A stretch of DNA of 57,072 bases, taken from positions 1 to 57,072 of IMG/VR virus record IMGVR_UViG_3300034283_002112. One strand, given 5' to 3'. Position 1 is the first letter of the stretch. Each line of letters begins with the position of its first letter. This document shows, piece by piece, positions 27,701 through 34,210 of this stretch. This DNA comes from a virus (taxonomy: Duplodnaviria; Caudoviricetes). Both the position numbers and the translations under genes were made by a program. The notes beneath the pieces are model-generated. The model did no database searches and was not told the DNA's origin. It worked only from the letters and a program-made list of their open reading frames with translations.

Positions 27701-30330
27701 GTATAGATTTGCCGTTGTTGATTGATGGCATAGACTATCCTGGTGTACAAGTTTATGGTAAAGAGTTTGTGTCTGGCGAGACTCTAGATGTTGAGTACAG
27801 CAGCAGTTTTACTGACGTATATCTTGGCACACGAGTTACAGACATCAATGTTGATGGTGGCGAGTTCATTGGACTGTACGAAGGCCATGCTCCTGAAGAA
27901 CTAGTAAATGGCAGTGAGTTTGACACTGTTGATATCAAGGTGTTCACACGCCCAGGCAGTGACTGGTCTTTGTTTGATGGTGTTGCAGGAAATGACGGTC
28001 ATGGATTTCAAATAGCCAGCCGTCGCTACACAGTGTCTGATGTGGGCAATGCTGTGTTTAATTGGGACGGTATTGAAGAACATCCTGTTTATCTTGATGT
28101 TGCAAACATTACCACAGGCGTAAACTTGGATCTTGGCACCGATTACACTGTTGATTGGATAGCAAAAACTGTCACAGTTACTAATAGCATCAGTGTTAAC
28201 GATTCTATATCAATCACAGCCTATGAAATTGGAGGCGGTAGTCAGCTATATCGGGCCAATGTCATAGGTGATAACGAAGACTTCTTGATAGTACCAGTAG
28301 CAGCCAGCGAAATTTACGATGTTGTACTGTTTGTCAACGGCGTGCTAACTCAGGTCAACACGTGGGAAGCTTACTATCCAGCTGACGTCTGGAATCAACT
28401 CACAGCCTACAACAGATTAGATGTGGTTTACACCGCAGGTCCCGGCTATTATCGTGCTATTCAAAATGTTCCTGCTGGCATTGCAATTACCAACACTGAC
28501 TATTGGCAGTCTTTTGTGCCCAGTCAGTTGAGCAAGGTCAACTTGTCTGCTGCTTACACCGCCAGCGACTACTTGACTTTTGTTGTACTGGGCATTACTA
28601 CTCCAATTCAATATTCTTGGAGCACTCCACAAACTGAATATTTCACCGTTGATGCAGCAATCAATGCGGCTCGCACAGTAAATCTTTCCAACGACACTGG
28701 CGGCACCAATCCTTGCAACGCCATTGTTGAGATCAATGGCTTACGCCTGCGTCCTTCAGAAGGCGCAGAATACATTGGAGACAACACAACCACAGGATTT
28801 GCTTTGCCAACCCGAGGCGGATATTCCCAAGGTATTGTTGATGCACTGACTGATGTCACAGTGTATGTTAACAATGTGCTACAACAGCAAAACACCGGTG
28901 CAGGAGGAGCTTATGTGGTAACTTCTTGGAACAGCGTCAGTAATGACCGTGAAGTAGTGTTTGCAGTACCTCCATCAGTTGGTGATCGTATATTGATTGC
29001 TGTGAGTACAGTAGCTGAATACCTTATTGTGAACTCACAACTACAACTAGTTACTGCACCCACAATTGGCGCAACTATTGCAGTGACCACTTATAACGAC
29101 ACAAGTCAACAAAATATTCTTACCTTGGTATTCCAGGGTCCATTGAATACTGGTATCACTGTAACTGAAAGCTATGACAGCACTACTTTTGATGCTGGCA
29201 GCACAACCGGTGCTCCAGGATCTTATGATTATTCTGCTGGTGCAATAATTCCAGACAACAATCTTGATCTTCAGCGATTGGGAGTACAAGCTGGTCGTTT
29301 GTGGGTCACACTCAACGGCTATAGACTGTTTGACGGTGTAGATTACACTGTACAGGGCCAGTATCTCATACTGGCATCTGGACCAATGGCCAGTTCTGAT
29401 ATTGTTGTGATAACTGAGTTCACAGAAAGCGTGGTGCCTGAGGCATTGGCTTTCCGTATTTTCCAAGACATGCGCGGAGTGCAGGCAACCTATCGCATGA
29501 CTACTGCAACAACCACATTCTTAACAGCCAATGTCACTGCCAGTGCTGATATCATTTATGTTAATAATGCCAGTGCGCTGACCGAACCAGATTTGCCCAA
29601 CGGAATTTTTGGTGTGTGCATGATAGAAGGCGAACGTATTATGTATCGCAACAGAAATACAGCATTGAACACCATCAGTGGACTCATGCGTGGCACAGCA
29701 GGAACTGCTACAACTGGCCACAGTGCTGGTACTGTGGTCTATAACATGGGACGCGGCAATTTGATGTATGAAGAATACCAAGATCGTATTGTAAAAGATA
29801 CATCGTTGGGCGACGGTTCTACTACTATTTTCTATGCACCCAACATCAATGCTGTGCCAGAATACCCACGTGACAGTAGTACTGCTTATATCGATCACAG
29901 CATTGAAGTGTATGTAGGCGGAATTAGACAGTATCCTATCACTGACCTTGAAACTCCAAGCCAGTACAGATACACTGTATCTATAATAGAACCATTAAGC
30001 ATTGAATTCATTACCGACAATGATCCAGTTAGTCCGCTGCTGGCACCGGCTGTTGGCGAAGAAGTTTCAATAACTCAACGAGTAAGCAAGAGCTGGTACG
30101 ATCTTGGAACTATTTCTCCAGTTACCAGTATTGTGGTTGGAGACAGTTACTTTATCTGGGCGTTGGGAAATACCAACTGGATTGCACTGGGCGCCGAAGA
30201 CGCTAGAGAAGGTGCGTTGTTTACAGCTACCGCAGCAGGAACAGGAACAGGACAAGTGCGTACGGCTAGCGATGGTATAGCTCTGCAAGAAACTGACACT
30301 CAGGCTGCAAGGTTCCTGCGTGGTTTATAA
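15748..30330 (+). CDS. Giant (4860 aa) multidomain baseplate/virion protein in the gp7 position
   Basis: Uninterrupted ORF coupled to gp6 by a TAATG overlap. It carries YIQEVKPYH (similar to the wedge-protein KP motif), seven FG-GAP-like repeats, cupredoxin-like and CBM5/12-like modules, and many V-x-x-N-G...DY beta modules. Confidence 0.75.
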   Translation: MSRIRSVEFLPEIFQTDINKQFFAATLDQLIQEPQFKKTQGFIGRTVGPGVNPNDRYVIEPNRVRADYQLEAGVISLEPGTGKIQDAITYPGLLDSIAYQIGSPGLTSGLISTEGGDSIRPDRLFESQYYTWDPFINWDTFTNFSQYFWLPNGPDAVTVAASTVPATNNFTVTRSNDYYNFSGVQGNDPTIDLVRGGSYTFQVAQNQKQTINYGVGNSGTSAYIINLAANPTVSLVRGNTYTFTLSLTGDYPFYIKTAPTTGLTNIYSNGVTNNGAVTGVITFVVPQNAPDVLYYAAANQSNMRGQFNVIDASSGTGSGFWIQTAPGVNGRIPATPNISSRDVLGVTNNGEDLGTITFNVPIKTAQQFYYGLPNVGGGTSPYNVDLITDLKFNQIDGIKVTDFLATYGGIDGITELNGRTLVFDQPIVDVDQGGWYSTSTFDPLSAGSANNGLPGSFDSLPYALQTTVPVNERYGVWQINYVDNDGYVSIQLVSTQLIDNLEKFNILYGTTYASTSWYKNDAGFLRQIPLLSAIQDTLYYQDGTNPEIFGRIRLIEQPLASTLFIEEILGKKTYTSPNGITFTNGLKIILRGEVEPVSYAEKEYYVSGVGTAIELLLVSNFVVPETYVVDANDSTAVVEPSELDYLTINRASKDLNAWTRSNRWFHIDVINATAEYNGTTADIDNSYRAKRPIIEFRPGLRLFDMGTEGKQPVDIIDFEETDAFSNIQGATGYSVDGYNLINGSRVIFAADEDADVRNKIWVVNFVEPTIPGPDIINLTLATDGIVLFNQCTVCTEGATLKGLTFWYDGVEWIRAQQKQGVQQAPLYDVYDSNSISFGNKAVYPSSTFVGSKLFSYAVGNTGILDPILQFPLQYLNLNNVGDIVFENNLYKDTFLYVRDNVSVTEPISAGFVQEFLTRTTSARGIGWKVAATDTQIRQQFKFTYTGDPLKLDIKVESTVAPLQNPVPPVKVYVASEFKDPDTYTVVTTDNTTTITLDKTYFVGDTIEVLALSNQSSAVAFYQVPINLEKNPLNGNSESFTLGTIRTHYESICENLLDLTGSINGANNTRDLGDIGPYGLIILQQSAPLTLAGYFNRSKEYNIFASLQYNSREYTKFKNLLMKEVTQLEINFQTTAELLTEAIANITAGRVETNPFYWSDMLPSSSVFTQTVYTVNLITTNVFDTVQVYNYTSANYLGLLVYKNNQLLIRGIDYVVATDGPRITITTTLAVGDQITVQEFPATYGNFVPNTPTKLGLYPAWKPSISTVSTTTGTAQVIVGHDGSQTPVFGDVRDDVLLEFEKRIYNNLKVDGNPMPLSVYDVLPGQFRDTGYSFSEINQILAQDFLSYIGWNKLDYNNQNYIANNEFSWNYSNATNKLNGENLLGAWRGIYRYFYDTQNPSRTPWEMLGFTIEPTWWISTYGPAPYTNTNLVLWDDLEAGLIRDPAGSYFLPQYVRPGLTDVIPVDSEGNLLSPFNCVVQDYNDQQWQRSWVVGDGGPVEASWWNSSSYPFAVMRLLALTRPAKFYSLFADRDLYKFNDDFGQYLYDQRYRLNANGIEVYGDGVSKASYINWIVDYNQQLGLNSTKRLQDDLANLDVRLCYRMASFSDKQYIKLYTEKSSPNSLNSTLLIPDESYDLVLYKNQPVERLIYSSVVVQLVEGGYAVYGYSTSQPYFNIAVSQGIGRLRPITVGDVTVRVPTQYTNSVVQVPYGFVFTNPTSVCDFLLSYGKLLKDQGLTFDNRANGFILDWEQMAQEFLYWTQQGWEIDSLINLNPLAGKLIITKPGLVADSIVTQTSENILLNQNKRELNTRNLNIVRLGNTLSLEPLTDESLSFADFRFTNFEHMIVLNNRSVFGDLIYEPVTGARQSRLDLIAFNSTQWNGVVDAQGFILNQDNVEEWTGFKKYTKGQIVKYKDQFWSAQTIVNPKPNFDFNNWVKSDYEQIEQGLLPNIANKSNQLQQTYSVNSVNLEQDQDLLSYGLIGFRPRQYMAALNLDDVSQVNIYQQFLKTKGTILSAELLSQANLGKEAADYNIYENWAVQRAVYGANANRSFVELRLNRALLSSNPSLVQVIEPQQVSQADQQILLSDVWKQSYKLTSPNFLPTTEETITDTALPSAGYVNLNDVDLTAFSLIDDKSAIEAALGAVKVGSDLWVAKVNTYDWDVFRCVQVPGYIDHICDNLDGTSIARFTKVHGLIPSDQLIIREFAPSVDGVYTVLETPDVNSVVIAYTFVGSQSVIDGVGIGFSLQSERVAQASDIINLPYANDITTGNKVWVDNNGNGRWAVLEKQNPFSDITELAPQLLDATEQYGVAVAQAKNRLAALVGSPRYGFNVGAEKGGVYVYVKNYGDQYIPVSPLGQGDAVLTLDVTGALGYGNAVDFGNQTWAIAGASKSLGPAGQADVGYAAIIYRDPTLGEPGVNPYAQWQLIVPEDLDTLGEFGHSVAMSTDERWAYVGAPGANKVYAYGRVDWEDQFVQTLSNGTTKTYQIGNVIQINANAQLLVTLNDTPQTLATDYTVAADFSSVTFVTAPAAGVVVKIQRINRLNMDGGTYYDVTGTSGTGSGAEFTITRLRNTLTLVGLTNSGSGYPASSTAVITINQANFGGSGAGSSSLVVTVNTNAAGQAENIASYTWTPPTALTNTFSLNEYFFTATNIYSFSVYVEGVLQRPNIDYEFGTDSSYDLIFINSPSAGELIEVQAQSYFEYVHTLQPPGLASDARFGHSVVTSTDGRQVLIGTPDRTVSGKVEAGSVYVFDRNVQRFIYGTDPSSVAFTVLGTVTEPVSVIVNNQFLVNEVDNILNGTNTFTVAGNLVTVNTDLAVGDTVEIETNQFRLVQTITQNTVAEFSNFGQAVDLCAYNCSLYVGTPQDSTATWKAGSVQRSVNQSRSYGTITATVANPSLTVGNTLRVNNIDVAVPSAGTLISFALAINADVPNVIATVNNGLLTLKVKNAAAASPTDLLQVAPGSVGTAFDAFGFQTFTYSQTLYSPYPTEFAQFGYSVSVDETAVNLVVGSPQGTLWVLTIWDDGLVDWDSNSTIFFSTVEQSGSVYTYDYLPAANENAANTGKFVFGIQIVDSNVRPLDGYGTSVSYVDGVLMLGAPGSDAVAGDSTAADSGRVFVSQNPNRVPAWTTLRQQQPVVDVGLINGVFTYDRITSARTEQFDFFDPLQGKILGAARQNIDYIGAVDPAQYDNGPTNNNGTTWFAEHVGEIWWDIGTVRFIDPNQDDIVYASRRWGQLFPGSTIDIYQWVESSQPPASYTGPGIPLNINSFSFSARLSADGVVNTYYYFWVRGISTVASNKGKTLSATTVSRYIENPKSSGIPYIAPINASTIALYNASNIIEAQDTIINIEYDREYTTNNVHVEYELIAQDKSDGFLSDGLYRKLQDSFCGVDTSGNLVPDPNLNAAERYGVQFRPRQSMFVDRFEALKNYLQRANAVLAMYTISESRSFNLLNSSDPEPDSTTPGQVEPNWNMRVANLEILSFQNIYAVPVATPTTQGYRYLVASDSSNNGLWTIYQVQYVQNGLFNARELVLIKVQNYDTKRYWSYVNWYLPGYNPSTKVTAEVPNFSTLDTLSVPEGTSVRVTANAQGKFEIYLRSLTGWDRVALEDGTIAFSAELWDYALGRFGFDVEVFDAQYFDQEPVIETRKIIQAINQELFIDDLLLERNRSLTLMFNYVLSEFAAPEWLVKTSLIDVDHRIRNLEPFQNYRQDNQEFVLDYIQEVKPYHVQIREFNLLYNGQDQYGGDVTDFDVPAYYNTSLPIPQYTSPILNISDTTDPRYQSPYLLSTPEPDNVLSDVDPGALIWQAWPYTQWYGNYLLNLQRIEIVDAGSGYTDVPTVIITGDADVPATAEAFLTSFGSIAFITITDPGSGYFATPVITFDGGNGTGARAYPIMGNDLVRSFKTVIKYDRCSYQTQVLTWDPSGTYEDGTLVRFIDRVWRASSPDSTAVVGPTFNLDDWTLVPASELGGIDRTTGYYVPGVNEPGIDLPLLIDGIDYPGVQVYGKEFVSGETLDVEYSSSFTDVYLGTRVTDINVDGGEFIGLYEGHAPEELVNGSEFDTVDIKVFTRPGSDWSLFDGVAGNDGHGFQIASRRYTVSDVGNAVFNWDGIEEHPVYLDVANITTGVNLDLGTDYTVDWIAKTVTVTNSISVNDSISITAYEIGGGSQLYRANVIGDNEDFLIVPVAASEIYDVVLFVNGVLTQVNTWEAYYPADVWNQLTAYNRLDVVYTAGPGYYRAIQNVPAGIAITNTDYWQSFVPSQLSKVNLSAAYTASDYLTFVVLGITTPIQYSWSTPQTEYFTVDAAINAARTVNLSNDTGGTNPCNAIVEINGLRLRPSEGAEYIGDNTTTGFALPTRGGYSQGIVDALTDVTVYVNNVLQQQNTGAGGAYVVTSWNSVSNDREVVFAVPPSVGDRILIAVSTVAEYLIVNSQLQLVTAPTIGATIAVTTYNDTSQQNILTLVFQGPLNTGITVTESYDSTTFDAGSTTGAPGSYDYSAGAIIPDNNLDLQRLGVQAGRLWVTLNGYRLFDGVDYTVQGQYLILASGPMASSDIVVITEFTESVVPEALAFRIFQDMRGVQATYRMTTATTTFLTANVTASADIIYVNNASALTEPDLPNGIFGVCMIEGERIMYRNRNTALNTISGLMRGTAGTATTGHSAGTVVYNMGRGNLMYEEYQDRIVKDTSLGDGSTTIFYAPNINAVPEYPRDSSTAYIDHSIEVYVGGIRQYPITDLETPSQYRYTVSIIEPLSIEFITDNDPVSPLLAPAVGEEVSITQRVSKSWYDLGTISPVTSIVVGDSYFIWALGNTNWIALGAEDAREGALFTATAAGTGTGQVRTASDGIALQETDTQAARFLRGL

Positions 30331-30335
30331 CAAGG

Positions 30336-30341
30336 TAAATA
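30336..30341 (+). promoter_or_regulatory. Late promoter core TAAATA
   Basis: Lies 7 nt before ATG 30349. Confidence 0.5.
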
Positions 30342-30348
30342 AGTGATC

Positions 30349-30498
30349 ATGTCAAATACAGTACCAAACAAGCAACAAACCCCAACAATGCCGGCCGCAC
30401 CGCGCCGGCCCAACGAGCACGGTACAATTAGCGTACAGGGTTATTTTAGAGTGTTTGATCCAAAAACACAAAAAACCATTGTGGAGGGTCGCTCATGA
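30349..30498 (+). CDS. Small 49-aa protein missed by the ORF track
   Basis: MSNTVPNKQQTPTMPAAPRRPNEHGTISVQGYFRVFDPKTQKTIVEGRS*. It follows TAAATA, fills the gap, and its stop overlaps ATG 30495 as ATGA. Confidence 0.7.
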   Translation: MSNTVPNKQQTPTMPAAPRRPNEHGTISVQGYFRVFDPKTQKTIVEGRS

Positions 30499-31100
30499 TA
30501 GTTCCAGGATTGGCCAAAATTGAAGGTTTTGTAAAAATTCACAACCCAGAAACTGGCGAAGTTTTTGTCGACAAGAAAAATGCTATTCACTACGAAAATA
30601 TCAGTATCAGCATGGCCCAAACGCTGAGTGATCGCAATACCGGCTACATCTACGCCATGGCGTTTGGCAACGGTGGCAGCTCAGTAGACCCCACAGGAGT
30701 TATCACATATTTGCCGCCTAATACAACTGGCCAAAACGCAGACTTGTATAATCAAACTTATATTAAAGTTGTCAACGATAATTCAGCAGCCGACACTGAC
30801 CCTGAAAACAACAAAATGACCCCAATTCACACTTCGGGCACAGTGTACACAGACATTCTTGTTACTTGTTTGTTGGACTACGGGGAACCTCCTGAACAAC
30901 AGGCATTTGACAATTCAACCAATTTCAATGGTGAATATGTGTTTGACGAACTTGGGCTCAAAGCCTGGAATGGTAGCGCAGACAATTTAAGATTGATCAC
31001 TCATGTGATTTTTCACCCTGTGCAAAAGAGCTTGAACCGTCAAATTCAAATTGACTATACCTTGCGTATTCAAACGCTCAGCAACATAAATGCTGTATAA
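30495..31100 (+). CDS. Putative virion structural protein (tail collar / fibre-attachment-like)
   Basis: 201 aa with MAFGNGG...FDELGL...ITHVIFHPVQKSLNRQIQIDYTLRI. It lies between the giant baseplate protein and the tail fibre. Confidence 0.55.
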   Translation: MIVPGLAKIEGFVKIHNPETGEVFVDKKNAIHYENISISMAQTLSDRNTGYIYAMAFGNGGSSVDPTGVITYLPPNTTGQNADLYNQTYIKVVNDNSAADTDPENNKMTPIHTSGTVYTDILVTCLLDYGEPPEQQAFDNSTNFNGEYVFDELGLKAWNGSADNLRLITHVIFHPVQKSLNRQIQIDYTLRIQTLSNINAV

Positions 31101-31103
31101 ATA
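31096..31103 (+). promoter_or_regulatory. Canonical T4 late promoter TATAAATA
   Basis: Exact TATAAATA upstream of the tail fibre ATG 31131. Confidence 0.7.
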
Positions 31104-31130
31104 TGATATAATTAGGAACAGGTAACTGAC

Positions 31131-32867
31131 ATGGCTTATGTAATCAACCTTACCGATGGTGCTACTTTTGCTACCATCTCAGACGGTACTATCAATACTT
31201 CTAGCTCAATGACGCTGGTAGGTAAAAACTACGCCGGCTACGGTGAGTTCTTAGACGAAAACTTTATTCACTTGTTGGAAAACAATGCTAACACTACAGC
31301 ACCCCCGGCACCGTTGACCGGCCAGTTGTGGTGGGACAAAACCAACAATTTGCTCAAAGTTTACAACGGCACAACATTCAAAACTATTTCAGCAGCTACA
31401 GCCAGTGCTAGTGCACCTGCATCTAATGTCACAGGAGATTTGTGGTACGACACAGTTAACCAGCAACTTAAGGTGTGGACTAGTTCTGCTTTCTTAGTGG
31501 TTGGTCCAGCCTTCTCCAGTGCTACAGGCACAGCTGGTGCTATTCCTGAAACTATTAACGATTCAGGCGGCGGTCCGCACCTGGTTACCACTTTGTACGT
31601 AAACAACAGTCGTCAAGCCATTGTCAGTCTAGACTCAGCTTTTACACCTGCGTCGCCAATTAACACCGACTTCCCAACTATCTATCCAGGTATAACTGTG
31701 ACCAAGGGCGCCAGCAGTGTTCTCAGCGGAAACGTGATCAACACTGGTAACCTTACTTTGGGTGCAGGCGGCGCAACCACAGTAACAATAACCAGTACTG
31801 GTGCAAATATTTCTGGATATAACAACAGCACCGGCAACGTTACAGGTGGCAATTTAATCACAGCTGGCCTGGCCACAGTGTCTGGCAACGTTACAGGTGG
31901 CAATTTCTTAACCAGTGGCATTATCAGTGCCACTGGCAACATCACCAGCGGCAACATTGCAGCAACCAACCATACAGGTACCGCAGTTAGCGTGACTGGC
32001 AACGTTACAGGCGGTAATGTACTAACAGGTGGAATTTTGAGTGCTAGTGGTAATATCACTGGTGGCAATATTGCTGCTACACTGCACACTGGTACCGCAG
32101 TTAGTGTTACAGGAAATGTCACTGGTGGTAATTTGATTACTAGTGGTCTAGTGACTGTGACTGGTAATATCAATAGTTCAGCTAATATTGCAGGTAGTTT
32201 CTTCTTGGGCAACGGCGCATTGCTAACTGGTATCAGTGCAGCGGTTACTGTTCAAAAGATTTCTTCTGGCACAACCGAAGTTAACATTCCTAGTTCAGGC
32301 GGATCAATTTTTGCTAACGTTGCAGGAACTTCCAACGTCATGGTTGTTTCTAGTTCGGGTGCCACATTCAGCGGTATCACTGTGCCCAGTATTGGTAAAA
32401 GCGGGTCAAATGCTGTGGGCAACATTGGATCAAGTGCTAACTATTTCAACCAGGTGTTTGCCACAGCTACCACAGCATTATACGCTGACGTTGCAGAACG
32501 ATTTGAAGCAGACGAAATCCTGGATCCAGGAACTGTGGTTGAACTTGGCGGTGCCAAAGAAATCACCAGATCTCGTGTAGAACTCAGCGACTTAGTGTTT
32601 GGTGTGATAAGTACAAGACCAGCCTTTACCATGAACGGTGGAGCCGGCGAAAACGATACACACCCGCCAGTTGCAATGACCGGTCGCGTTCCAGTCAAAG
32701 TTTCGGGTATAATACACAAAGGCGATCGATTAGTTTCAGCAGGAGATGGGTTGGCTCGTGCAGCTGGTCCAGGCGAAGCAACATCATTTAATGTGATCGG
32801 ACGTGCGTTAACATCCAAGCTGAGCACAGATATTGGTACCGTTGAAGCAATTGTAAGTATCAAATAA
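31131..32867 (+). CDS. Tail fibre protein with a C-terminal intramolecular-chaperone (peptidase G2-like) domain
   Basis: N-terminal LVGKNYAGYGEFLDENFIHLLEN...GQLWWD attachment region, a GN(V/I)TGGN repeat shaft, and C-terminal YADVAERFEAD...PGTVV...GVIS...VAMTGRVPVKV...KGDRLVS chaperone-type motifs. Confidence 0.75.
   Translation: MAYVINLTDGATFATISDGTINTSSSMTLVGKNYAGYGEFLDENFIHLLENNANTTAPPAPLTGQLWWDKTNNLLKVYNGTTFKTISAATASASAPASNVTGDLWYDTVNQQLKVWTSSAFLVVGPAFSSATGTAGAIPETINDSGGGPHLVTTLYVNNSRQAIVSLDSAFTPASPINTDFPTIYPGITVTKGASSVLSGNVINTGNLTLGAGGATTVTITSTGANISGYNNSTGNVTGGNLITAGLATVSGNVTGGNFLTSGIISATGNITSGNIAATNHTGTAVSVTGNVTGGNVLTGGILSASGNITGGNIAATLHTGTAVSVTGNVTGGNLITSGLVTVTGNINSSANIAGSFFLGNGALLTGISAAVTVQKISSGTTEVNIPSSGGSIFANVAGTSNVMVVSSSGATFSGITVPSIGKSGSNAVGNIGSSANYFNQVFATATTALYADVAERFEADEILDPGTVVELGGAKEITRSRVELSDLVFGVISTRPAFTMNGGAGENDTHPPVAMTGRVPVKVSGIIHKGDRLVSAGDGLARAAGPGEATSFNVIGRALTSKLSTDIGTVEAIVSIK
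31833..32170 (+). repeat. GN(V/I)TGGN shaft repeats of the tail fibre
   Basis: GGCAACGTTACAGG recurs three times. The HTGTAVSVTGNVTGGN segment is duplicated, with GGTACCGCAGTTAG at 31977 and 32091. Confidence 0.8.
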
Positions 32868-32880
32868 TTAGGACAAAAGC

Positions 32881-33846
32881 ATGACATACGTAAGCGGTGG
32901 TTTAATACAGGCCACAGACTATAATGGATTCGTAAGTACCACGGCCAATGCCAACGTCAACGACGTTTGGGGCACTGGATCGGGAGACAAAGGCTGGGGG
33001 CAAAGTGCGCTGGCCACTGTGAGCGCTACCAATACAATCACTGCTACTCAATGGGGTAGTTTGGTTAACACCCTTGCCAGCATGGGAAGCCAGACCAACA
33101 CCGCAATCACTGCAAGATCGGCACCCACTACTGGTCAAACCATTAACATACTATCAGCTCTCAACACTGATCTAACTAACATAACCACTAACCGCGCATT
33201 TGCAGCAGCCAACGGTAGTCAATTTACAGGCTGGACTGGAACCAACTCTAAAACAGCAGCAACATCTGGCAGCCCTTGGACTATTACTTTTACTAATACA
33301 GTGACTTTTGCATCTGCCAACGCTGCTCGTTGGTTTTTCAATGCTGGCGGACGAATCAAACTAGATGTGAGCAAAACATCAACTACTGCCACAGGCGATC
33401 CTGAATGGAACGATCTAGCCAATACCTTGTGCGGAGACATATTTTTTACCGGCATTGCTGCCAGCAAAACTATTGCTGGTGCTGCATACACTGGAACTAC
33501 CAAAGTTGGCGGTTCAGGTACGCCCAACACACTGAGCACTGCTACTGGTTTTTATGCTTTGACCCCTGGTGCAGCAGCCACTATCATCTATAAACAGTTT
33601 GCCGATACTGCTCCGTACACCGCAAACTTTATTCAACACAGTGTGGCGCTGAACGCCGCTTCGACTGTTTTAACATTTACTACACTTTGGTCAGCATCAG
33701 ACGGCGACCCAATTTCGGGCGGTACTGCAAGTTCGGGAGCTACTCCCGGAACTGCACCTACTACTATTTGTACATATTTCCCGCCCTCAACAACATATTT
33801 GAGCAACAGTTGGGGAACACCAGCTGTAGCTGCCACAACAGTTTAA
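32881..33846 (+). CDS. Thr/Ala/Gly-rich virion protein (putative short fibre or tail component)
   Basis: 321 aa; MTY..GGLIQATDYN N-terminus and ARWFFNAGGRI motif; last gene before the terminator of the structural block. Confidence 0.6.
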   Translation: MTYVSGGLIQATDYNGFVSTTANANVNDVWGTGSGDKGWGQSALATVSATNTITATQWGSLVNTLASMGSQTNTAITARSAPTTGQTINILSALNTDLTNITTNRAFAAANGSQFTGWTGTNSKTAATSGSPWTITFTNTVTFASANAARWFFNAGGRIKLDVSKTSTTATGDPEWNDLANTLCGDIFFTGIAASKTIAGAAYTGTTKVGGSGTPNTLSTATGFYALTPGAAATIIYKQFADTAPYTANFIQHSVALNAASTVLTFTTLWSASDGDPISGGTASSGATPGTAPTTICTYFPPSTTYLSNSWGTPAVAATTV

Positions 33847-33849
33847 TCA

Positions 33850-33885
33850 AAAGGGCCGCAAGGCCCTTTACTTTTCTCTTTTTTT
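33850..33885 (+). terminator. Rho-independent terminator
   Basis: AAAGGGCC-GCAA-GGCCCTTT hairpin (GNRA loop) followed by a T-rich tract, immediately after stop 33846. Confidence 0.85.
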
Positions 33886-33895
33886 CCTGTATACT
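33867..33895 (+). promoter_or_regulatory. sigma70-like promoter of the enzyme operon
   Basis: TTTACT(33867-72), 17 nt, TATACT(33890-95), 6 nt, ATG(33902). Confidence 0.6.
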
Positions 33896-33901
33896 AACAT
33901 C

Positions 33902-34210
33902 ATGGATACTGATGCCCTTGTTGCTCATGCACGAGCAAGATTTAATCATGCTGTTGCAAAACGGCTACTAAAAGAAAAATACCTGGCCAAAATGACCTTT
34001 GCTTATCGCGGTGGCATGTGGCGTGCTGGGCCTGAACTGCTGGCCGTGTTACAAACTGTGCCAGTAGAAGATGAAGTGGTTATTGTTGACTTATACGAAA
34101 ACCCTGTCAAAGTTGATCCATTAGAACTACAGCATTTGGCATTTGATCGTTGGCAAGAACAAATGAATGCCTGGCACGTGGAGTTTGAAGAAATGAGCAA
34201 ACGTCGATGA
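33902..34210 (+). CDS. Hypothetical protein, first gene of the enzyme operon
   Basis: 102-aa ORF whose stop overlaps the next ATG (ATGA). Confidence 0.75.
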   Translation: MDTDALVAHARARFNHAVAKRLLKEKYLAKMTFAYRGGMWRAGPELLAVLQTVPVEDEVVIVDLYENPVKVDPLELQHLAFDRWQEQMNAWHVEFEEMSKRR

